NCBI GenBank assembly: GCA_052426225.1
Contig: JBNJNM010000013.1
Span: 1,302,001 to 1,366,000, forward strand
Length of the DNA: 64,000 nt
Direction of reading: 5' to 3'
Source: Zancudomyces culisetae HAW-14-8
Taxonomy: Eukaryota; Fungi; Kickxellomycota
The position numbers and the translations under genes are program-made. How positions within the stretch are numbered: position 1 is the stretch's first letter; each line of letters begins with the position of its first letter. The notes under the pieces were generated by a model. That model was given only the letters and a program-made list of their open reading frames with translations. It was not told where the DNA came from and did no database searches. Of this stretch, positions 38,213-47,100 are shown in pieces.

Positions 38213-38239
38213 CATTCGCATGTTGTATGCCTACAATAG
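37859..38239 (+). CDS. Ser/Thr/Arg-rich 126-aa protein, paralog 2
   Basis: Core GVLSPRTLGELTESVRQLxIRRSPExMSVSTISPTLYR is shared with 33867-34229. Confidence 0.7.
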   Translation: MFNNNWIGTGDDSRRESYTSTSMSRGSSMDQDAGVLSPRTLGELTESVRQLQIRRSPEEMSVSTISPTLYRGISSPEHPSMHIALRNRSASTISDRTRTGITRDGSANGSSDTSHYATHSHVVCLQ

Positions 38240-38480
38240 GTGAAACATTTCCATTGGTTAGTTGTGTTTTGTAATTTTTAGTTAGATTTTTTGTAGATTT
38301 TATTGTATAAAATTGAAATTTTTGTTTAACTAAATAAATGTCCTCTTTTGCAAAATCCAAAGTACTGTATAATAATTCGCAGCATATAGTAAAAGGTAAG
38401 TAAAATGACCCGACCCGTGTGTTATTTGGTGTAAAAAACACTAAATGGGACGTTAAACATGGCAACACACAACAAACAAC

Positions 38481-41400
38481 TGTCGTAAAATAATTGTATA
38501 TTGTATAAAAATATTGAGTGTATTACAGTACGACGAAGCTGTAATCACTATTACTTAATGTTTAAAATTGGTCCAGGACCTTCCTAAAATACTAGTTAAC
38601 TGTAGTTAAAAATCTTTTATTTAGTTATCGTTGGTATAATAAACGCTAGAAGAAAGAGTATAAAATCCCGAACCAGGTATCCTTAGACCTTGTCGTCGCT
38701 ATTTAAGTAGTTTGTTATATAAAGTATTATAAAATCCTAATAGTAATAAAGTAAACCATTGTCTGATTGTTGCTGCACAAAGGAAAACCACAATGGTGAA
38801 AACAAATGTGCAAGCATCTGCAACAATCAGACAATCAGTATGAATAATAGAGATTTACAGTAGATTAACCTACTATACATTATCATCTATATATTCATAC
38901 GACATCCCCCCCCTTAAGGTTCGATAGTCCCTATCGACCTCCTCCTATTTCTCTGATCTCGTAAACTCGAAATTATTCGTGTCGAAATCACATTTGGAAT
39001 TCCGATCGTGTTATATGGCTTGAGTCTATCGCCATTGATTATATCGTGATTGTTGTTCAAATCGCGTACCATATATGTTCCATTTTCTAGCACTCTAACT
39101 ACTTCGTATGGCCCCTTCCATTTCTCTGCAAATTTCGATTCTGGAATATCATTGTGCTTTAACACCTGCTGTCCTTCACTAAATTTGTATTCTTTTACAT
39201 TGCTGTCGTACCTAAATTTCTCATATTTTTTATTAGTTTTTAGTTTATCTACTGCTAGCTCTCTCAACTCTTTAAAATTTTTATTAACAAATTCAAGTCG
39301 CTCTAATATTGCCTCATCTAAGTTTTCATTAGTATTAATGTTATTCCATGACTCTGGTGTAGTGATATTTAAACCATATAATAGCTCTGCAGGCGATTTT
39401 TTTGTAACCCTATTTTTAGTACTTCTTATAACCAATAAAACTTTCCATAAATATTTATCCCAATTTGTTTTATCATTTTTGCAAATTTTTGAAAGGACAT
39501 TTTTTATGTATTGATTTTGCCTTTCTACTTGACCATTTGATTGTGGTCTATAAGCTGTAGTAGGGTTATGATTTATGCCCATAAATTCATAAAATTCAAG
39601 TACTGTGTCACTTAAGAAGTTGGATCCTCTATCTGTTATCAATTTTTTTGGTATCCCATAATTGGCTATTACGTCGTAAACTAAAAAATTAATTATAGTA
39701 TCAGATTGAACTTGTTCAACAGCTCGACAAATCGGCCATTTAGTTAAATAATCTATCGCGGAAATAATGTATCTATTTCCTTCTGTTGAGATTGGATTGA
39801 TTGGTCCTATTATGTCTAATCCTATAATTTCGAATGGTTGAGTAGCAATTATTGGGTTTGCTAAATTTTTTCTTATTCTTGATGATTTATATCGTTGACA
39901 AATATCGCAAAAATTAACCACATGTTTTGTAATCTCGAATAATTTTGGTGAATAATATTTTTTCTTAACCAATTCCCATGTATTGTTAATTCCAAGGTGA
40001 TTTTCATTATGAATTTCGATAATTTTTTCCTTACAATTCAACTCGTGTAATACCTCTCGTATTCCAAATTTAGATGAGTATTTGTATAATTTATCATTCT
40101 TCAATTCGAAACGTTTAGACTTAGTTCGTAATTTGTTTTTGTAAGTTTCGTCACTATTTGAGGGGTAAGTGTTGTTAGTCAAATAATTTTTTATAACTGT
40201 GTAATCGATAAATTCCATGTAGAACAACGCCTTTGAATTTTCTTCATCGTTTGTAGTTTCTTCTGTTTTATCTATAATTTCTTTTTCTTCATTTTTCTTT
40301 TCTTTAAAGTTAATAAAACTAAAGTCCTTATACACTAATTCTTCACTTTTTAAACCTTTTTCATTTGTATCGTCTGTAGTATAATCCGGGATACACCTCG
40401 ATATTAGATCTGCAGGGTTATTCTTTCCCTTTCGGTGTTCTAATGTATAGTCGTATTCTCGCAAAATAATGGCCCATCGAGCTAGCCTTCCTGATGCTTC
40501 CTTGGAGTCGAAGAGTCTGACCAGCGCTGAATGATCGGTTACAATTTTAAATTGCCTTCCCCAGATGTAGTTTCTGAACTGGTTAACTGCGAATATTATG
40601 GCAAGTCCTTCTAGGTGAGTTATCGAGTAGTTTTTTTCTGATTTTTTTAATGATCTACTTACATATGCTATAGGATGTTCTTTTTGGTCCTGAACTTGGC
40701 TTAATATACCCCCGATACCTTGTAATGAAGCGTCGGTTGTAACTATGAAAGGTATATCCCATTTTGGGTGTGACAGCACTGGTGCGGTAACTAGTTTTAC
40801 TTTTAATGTATCTATTGCATTTTGGCATTCCATATTCCATTTCCATACTGTATCTTTTCTTAATAAAGAGTTTAACGGTCCTGCAATCATTGCATAATTA
40901 TTTATGAATTTCCTGTAATAATTCGTTGTACCGAGAAAGCTTTGTAGTTCTTTTACAGTTGTAGGAGTTGGAAGTTTTTCAATGGCTTCAACTTTTTTTT
41001 GATCTGTTTCAATCCCGTTTACGGAAATAACATGTCCTAAATAGTTTAGTCTCTTTTGTCCGAAACTACACTTACTCGAATTTAATTTTATTTTATTACT
41101 TCTTAATAGATCGAATACCCTTTTTAAATCCAGTATATGTTGCTCCTCATCTTTAGAAAACACAACGATGTCGTCGACAAAAACAACAGCAGACTTCCAC
41201 AGTACTGATTGCAAAACACGTTCCATGAGTCGTTGAAAAGTTGGAGGGCTGTTACAAAGGCCGAAAGGCATTACATTGTAACAGTATAGCCCCTCCCCTG
41301 GGATAGTGAATGCAGTCTTGTGCTTATCTTCTGCTTTCAATTTAACCTGCCAAAACCCCGACAGCGCATCTAGGGTGCTAAAGATACCAGAACCTGTAAG

Positions 41401-44127
41401 TACTTCGAATATATCACTGATATTAGGTAGTGGGTAGTTATCCTTTTTAGTCACAGAGTTAAGTTTTCTGTAATCAGAACATATTCTCAACGTTCCATTC
41501 TTTTTCCAAACAGTGACTACTGGAGCACACCAGTCTGACACACACGGTTCAATTATCCCTTTTTGCTCCATTGTTTTTATTTCTTTTCTAACCATATCTT
41601 TCATAACATTAGGAATTCTATAGGGTCGTAACTTAACCGGTTGTGCATCACCTGTGTCAATACTGTGTTCTACTACGTTAGTAGAAGTGAGTTGCCGGTA
41701 CTCTTCAGCGAATATATCCTGGTAAGTGTTTATCAAGTCTTTTATTCTCTGGTCTACTTCATTTGCATTTTCCATCTGATTAACAATCTCTTTTCCTATC
41801 CCAAAAATTTCGATATCCTTATAGCTTGACTTTTCTGATCTGTTAACTTGGACTTCTCCATCAGTTGTAAAAGGTAATTCCACTGTAACATACTGCTTTG
41901 ATATGGTTATTTTCTGCTTCTGAACATCCATATTAGCCTTATACTTTCTCATCCAGTCAATGCCTAGAATTAATATGTTGTTTGGTATATTCATAATGAT
42001 AACTTCAGTATCGAATAACTCTTCTGCTATCTTTATAGGTAAATTGTGAATTTTTCCCAAAGTATTGTGTCGCGCCCCATCGGCGGTTATAATTGATTCT
42101 GCAGAGCTTGCATCTACTTTGTATTGCAACTTCTCTACCAAAAGTCTTGATATTACACTGCATGCTGCGCCAGTGTCTAACACTGTAAGACATTCGGTTC
42201 CTAATATCTCTACCGTTGTCCTACAATTTGTAACTTTTTCACTACATATAGAATTTATTGCCCTAACTTTAGCAATATTATTATAGAAACTTTCCAACTG
42301 TGATTTAACGATTGGAGAAATTTCAATTAATTGAGGTAAACTAATATTTGCTTTTACTCTTCCTAAATCTTCAACTAATGAATACGATTTGCTATCATTG
42401 TTACTGGATGAACTTGCCGATTTTTGACTACTTTGAGCTGAACGAGTGTTAATAACCCTACTGGTCGAAGGTCTCTTGCTTCCTTCAGGAATAGAAGTAA
42501 CATGATCCGTATCCATTGGTTCGCTGTCATTTCCTTCAGTGTTGGAGTGTAATCTCTTTACAACTTTGGCTGTCCCTGCCTGGGCATTAGTTTCTTCAGC
42601 GTTTTTTCTCTTCTCTGCCATGTACAATTCACTTGGTTCCACTTCCACTTCCAAACAGTTAATCTCTTTTACTTCCGCATTGTTGTTTGGTACCGATTTA
42701 TGAATCTCTTGATCATTCTTTACTTCAGGTTTTCTGTCTCCATTATCATAATTTGAGTAAGTATTCCTCTGGTAATTTCTTTTATCTTGTTGCTGATAGT
42801 TTGAAAACTGATCTTTATTTTTGTTGAAGTAATTATTGTGATTTTGATTATTGTTTCGATTACCATATCTTTGGTTATTTTGACTATTAGCCTTCATAAA
42901 ATCCATTACATTAACATTTAGGCTATCGAATTTTCCAATAAGGACCTCCATCTCTGTACAATTCTTGTTTCGAGCATCATTACTGCTTCCATGATACGTT
43001 AAGTTATTCACAGTGTTTGTGTTAACTACTCCACTCAACATATCTATGTCTTCTTCCTCACGTAATGTATTGATTGCGCTTTCGTACGTCTGAACTTCTC
43101 CTTTAATTAACAATCTTCTCTTTTCTGGGGTTATAGCATTCCAGAGATATTTAATTTTCATCTGCTCGTCTGTGATCTTAGCATTCTTTGCTAACTTGCC
43201 TAACCTGTATGATAACATATCAATGTCTTCACCGGGCTCCTGTCTAATGTTTTGAATCTCAACCCATGCATTATATTCTTGCTGCCTTCCAGCAAACTTG
43301 CTTGTGAACAATTGCTCCAATTCCTTCCATGATGTGAACTTATCCTCATTGATCTCAAACCACATTCTCGCCTTTCCCTCCAAATAATATTCCATTATCT
43401 CTACCGTCTCTACTTCACTCCATCCACCATGTGTAGCAAAGAGATGGTATCTCTTTAGCCACTTTAATGCATCTTCTCCATTATCAGGGTTAAATTTTTC
43501 TGGTTCAAGTTTATTGCTAACCATTCGCTTCTGCTGTTTTTCCATCACAACTTCTGTACTTTCGGTGTTTTGTTTTTGTTTATTTGCACGATCAGTGCTA
43601 GATTTTTCTTTACTTGGTATTGTCATTTGTATGACTTAAATAAAATCAATGTAACTACAACTATGAATACTTTAGTAGTGTCCTGGCTGGATCACCATAT
43701 TCTGTCGTATGAAAAATTGTATATTGTATAAAAATATTGAGTGTATTACAGTACGACGAAGCTGTAATCACTATTACTTAATGTTTAAAATTGGTCCAGG
43801 ACCTTCCTAAAATACTAGTTAACTGTAGTTAAGAATCTTTTATTTAGTTATCGTTGGTATAATAAACGCTAGAAGAAAGAGTATAAAATCCCGAACAAGG
43901 TATCCTTAGACCTTGTCGTCGCTATTTAAGTAGTTTGTTATATAAAGTATTATAAAATCCTAATAGTAATAAAGTAAACCATTGTCTGATTGTTGCTGCA
44001 CAAAGGAAAACCACAATGGTGAAAACAGATGTGCAAGCATCTGCAACAATCAGACAATCAGTATGAATAATAGAGATTTACAGTAGATTAACCTACTATA
44101 CATTATCATCTATATATTCATACGACA
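38481..44127 (-). mobile_element. Ty3/Gypsy element, family D, full length
   Basis: LTRs at 38481-38904 and 43703-44127 differ at a few positions. PBS TGGTGATCCAGCCAGGA lies 5 nt from the LTR, and there is a poly-G PPT. Flanks CAAC/CAAA are an imperfect TSD. Confidence 0.95.
38914..43626 (-). CDS. Gag-Pol polyprotein of element D (no CCHC knuckle; N/Q-rich segment)
   Basis: 1570 aa. VLDTGA, FVDD, TTDAS, GQVER, WKGPY. Confidence 0.95.
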   Translation of the reverse strand: MTIPSKEKSSTDRANKQKQNTESTEVVMEKQQKRMVSNKLEPEKFNPDNGEDALKWLKRYHLFATHGGWSEVETVEIMEYYLEGKARMWFEINEDKFTSWKELEQLFTSKFAGRQQEYNAWVEIQNIRQEPGEDIDMLSYRLGKLAKNAKITDEQMKIKYLWNAITPEKRRLLIKGEVQTYESAINTLREEEDIDMLSGVVNTNTVNNLTYHGSSNDARNKNCTEMEVLIGKFDSLNVNVMDFMKANSQNNQRYGNRNNNQNHNNYFNKNKDQFSNYQQQDKRNYQRNTYSNYDNGDRKPEVKNDQEIHKSVPNNNAEVKEINCLEVEVEPSELYMAEKRKNAEETNAQAGTAKVVKRLHSNTEGNDSEPMDTDHVTSIPEGSKRPSTSRVINTRSAQSSQKSASSSSNNDSKSYSLVEDLGRVKANISLPQLIEISPIVKSQLESFYNNIAKVRAINSICSEKVTNCRTTVEILGTECLTVLDTGAACSVISRLLVEKLQYKVDASSAESIITADGARHNTLGKIHNLPIKIAEELFDTEVIIMNIPNNILILGIDWMRKYKANMDVQKQKITISKQYVTVELPFTTDGEVQVNRSEKSSYKDIEIFGIGKEIVNQMENANEVDQRIKDLINTYQDIFAEEYRQLTSTNVVEHSIDTGDAQPVKLRPYRIPNVMKDMVRKEIKTMEQKGIIEPCVSDWCAPVVTVWKKNGTLRICSDYRKLNSVTKKDNYPLPNISDIFEVLTGSGIFSTLDALSGFWQVKLKAEDKHKTAFTIPGEGLYCYNVMPFGLCNSPPTFQRLMERVLQSVLWKSAVVFVDDIVVFSKDEEQHILDLKRVFDLLRSNKIKLNSSKCSFGQKRLNYLGHVISVNGIETDQKKVEAIEKLPTPTTVKELQSFLGTTNYYRKFINNYAMIAGPLNSLLRKDTVWKWNMECQNAIDTLKVKLVTAPVLSHPKWDIPFIVTTDASLQGIGGILSQVQDQKEHPIAYVSRSLKKSEKNYSITHLEGLAIIFAVNQFRNYIWGRQFKIVTDHSALVRLFDSKEASGRLARWAIILREYDYTLEHRKGKNNPADLISRCIPDYTTDDTNEKGLKSEELVYKDFSFINFKEKKNEEKEIIDKTEETTNDEENSKALFYMEFIDYTVIKNYLTNNTYPSNSDETYKNKLRTKSKRFELKNDKLYKYSSKFGIREVLHELNCKEKIIEIHNENHLGINNTWELVKKKYYSPKLFEITKHVVNFCDICQRYKSSRIRKNLANPIIATQPFEIIGLDIIGPINPISTEGNRYIISAIDYLTKWPICRAVEQVQSDTIINFLVYDVIANYGIPKKLITDRGSNFLSDTVLEFYEFMGINHNPTTAYRPQSNGQVERQNQYIKNVLSKICKNDKTNWDKYLWKVLLVIRSTKNRVTKKSPAELLYGLNITTPESWNNINTNENLDEAILERLEFVNKNFKELRELAVDKLKTNKKYEKFRYDSNVKEYKFSEGQQVLKHNDIPESKFAEKWKGPYEVVRVLENGTYMVRDLNNNHDIINGDRLKPYNTIGIPNVISTRIISSLRDQRNRRRSIGTIEP

Positions 44128-44131
44128 CAAA

Positions 44132-47100
44132 TGTCGTATAGCAGATACGACATTTTTTTTGATTAGTTTTTTGTTGCTGGCAAATTTTTCTAATCGCTAA
44201 AAAATAGCATAAAAATTATAAAATTTGATAAAGTAGATAAAAAATTAGTTAGTTTTAGTTTTTTTAGTTTTTTAAGTGATTTTAGTCAAAAAATAAAGAA
44301 TTAGTAAGAGAATAAACGAAAAGATATACAAAATATAAGTACAAAACTATATATAATATACACTGTTTTCAATACATAGTAATATTTAATATACAAGAAT
44401 AGCATAGTGTTGAAAGTTAGGATATAAGTTTTATAATAAAAATATATTTTATACCCAAAAAATATAACAGTGGCGATCACGGTGGGACTAGTTGAAACAG
44501 ACTAGTCCAGTTCACGATAAGAGCAAGACGGACGTAGATAAACTTATTAGATGAATAGCAAACATAATTTCTACATAATTAATACGAATCAAAGATAGCA
44601 TGACAATTACAACACCTAAAACGTTTGAGGTGAACAAGGGTATAGACCCTGAGGAGTGGATAGAGGATTTTAAACTTATAGCAAAACTGAATGGATGGAA
44701 TGATTTTGATCTGATTGACTTAGTAAAACTATTCTTGGGGAGCAGGGAAAAAATTTGGTATAAAAAGAATAGGACAACTTTTAATACTTGGGATGAGCTA
44801 GCTAAAAAGTTTAAGGAAAAGTTTAGTACTAAAAGCTCAAAAGGAAAAGTGTGGGAAAGACTAAGATCTATCAAACAGACAGAATTCGGAAACGTTGATG
44901 AGTTCGAGGTAGAACTCGTTCAGTTGTTAGATCAAGCAAAGATTAAGGATGAAGAGATAAGGTTTGACATCCTCCTTAGCACACTCAAACGGGAGACAAA
45001 AGAAAAGGTGGAGTCATTAGATATCAAAAAGTGGGAAAGAGTTATGGAGCTATTGTTGAATGAGGAAGGATCTACAGAGAGTATACCTCGCAAGCAGGAA
45101 CTCAGAGAGAAAAGTAGCGGGCCAAGTAAAGAATATAACGCTAACGCAGCGTCAAGGGGAAAGAGTGTAAAGGACCTGGCAAAGCAGCAAATACCTATGG
45201 GAGACATGTTGAAAAAGTTTGAAGAAATGAGTGTCAGTTTAATAACCAAGGTAGAACAATTAGTGAATAAGAGATTAAAAGAGGCTACAGTGAGTAGCCA
45301 TAGACCACAACCTTACGTGGTTAGATGTTACTACTGCAATGAACAAGGGCACCGCAGGTACGAATGCCCGAAGATGAAGGAAAGTGAACCAAGAGATAGT
45401 GGAAAGGTAGATATACAGAAAAGTATAAACTACATAGAGTTAGATAGGAATACGGACACAGATGAAAACAATGCAGACGTGTTTGCGGTAGATAAGAGAA
45501 AACACAACGAGGTAGCTGGTGGCAGTAGTGAGCAAAGAGCTTCAAGATACAAGACCACACGTGTGAGCAGAGACTCATTTCAAGGAGCCGAACCAAGTAT
45601 CATAGGCAGTTCAGTTACTGAGTTCAGAGAAGGAACCACTATTAATGATGGTAGTACAGCACATAGCAAGCAGTCGTCTAGAAGCCAACAAACACTGAAA
45701 AACAGTAACAAGACGTTTTCCATTGTAGAGGAGCTGCGGAAGGTACATCCAAAGATAGACGTGTTACAACTGCTAGAAAGCGCTCCGGCATTGTCAGAAG
45801 AATTGACAAATTTCTTAAGAAAAGAAAAGGCTGCTGAGTTAAATGAAATTCAGTTGCAGGAGAAGAAAACATCAAACTGTCGAATATTAGTTAATGTTTT
45901 CGGACAGAAGCTATGGGCGGTGGTGGACACGGGAGCAGCTTGCTCCGTAGTCACATACAATTTAGTAGAAGGCTGGGGAATCGAACTGGATAGCAAAAAA
46001 GGATTGACATTGGTTACTGCAGACGGGAAGCGTCACAGTACATTAGGAAAAGTCAATCAGGTTCCCGTAATGATCTCAAGTTTCACCCTCCCGGTAAACT
46101 TAGTAGTGATGTCAAGGAATGATGACACTCTCATACTAGGCACAGATTGGTTACTTCAACACCGAGTATCCTTGAATCTGAAAGTACCAGAGCTTCGAAT
46201 ACCAGTAGAAAACGTTGAGATAGTAACCAGACTAGAAACGTCTTGCGAAGAAGGGCCAGAGGAGGAAGATACAGAGTTATACACCGTTATTAAAGACACA
46301 CCAGTAGGCGTAGGAACATCGCAGGGAACTGAGTTTAAGGACGTAATTAGCGAATACAAGGACCTGTTCGTTAATGACCTTTCGGAGTTAACTCAGACAG
46401 GAGTTACAGAACATCGAATAGTGCTAAATGATAATATGCCAATTAGGCTAAGACCCTATAGAATTCCATTCAGACTACAAGAAGAAGTTGCAAACCAGTT
46501 AGTAGAAATGGAGAAACAAGGGATCATATCGCCCACTACTTCTGAGTGGTGCGCTCCCGTAGTTGTCGTTCACAAAAAGAACGGAAAAATCCGTATTTGC
46601 GCAGACTATCGCCGGTTAAATGAGGTAACGAAAAAGGATAGTTATCCACTTCCCGTTATTGCGGATCTGTTTATGGCTCTATCAGGTGCAGCCATCTTTA
46701 GCTCGCTTGACGCCATGAGCGGATTCTGGCAAATAAGAATGCACCCGGCAGATAAATCGAAAACAGCTTTCGCCATACCCGGTAGCGGTGCGTACGAATA
46801 TAACGTTATGCCGTTCGGACTCACCAACAGTCCGGCGACATTTCAGCGAGCGATGGAAAAGGCGTTAAATGCAGTGTTGTGGAAGTGCGCAGTCGTCTTT
46901 GTAGATGATGTTATAGTTTATTCAAGGAGTGTAGAGGAGCATAGAGAAGATCTAAAACGAGTTTTGTCGTTACTTAAGGAGCATAACATACAATTGCATT
47001 CGGATAAGTGCGTAATAGGTTTCACAGAGTTGGAATACCTTGGACACACAATCTCAAAAAATGGAATAGGGACAAGTGCTAAGAAGGTAGAAGCTATTAT

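Noticed and set aside
46898-46909. RT active site FxDD instead of YxDD in all elements
   Set aside because: FIDD/FVDD is common in Ty3/Gypsy RTs and does not indicate inactivation or novelty.
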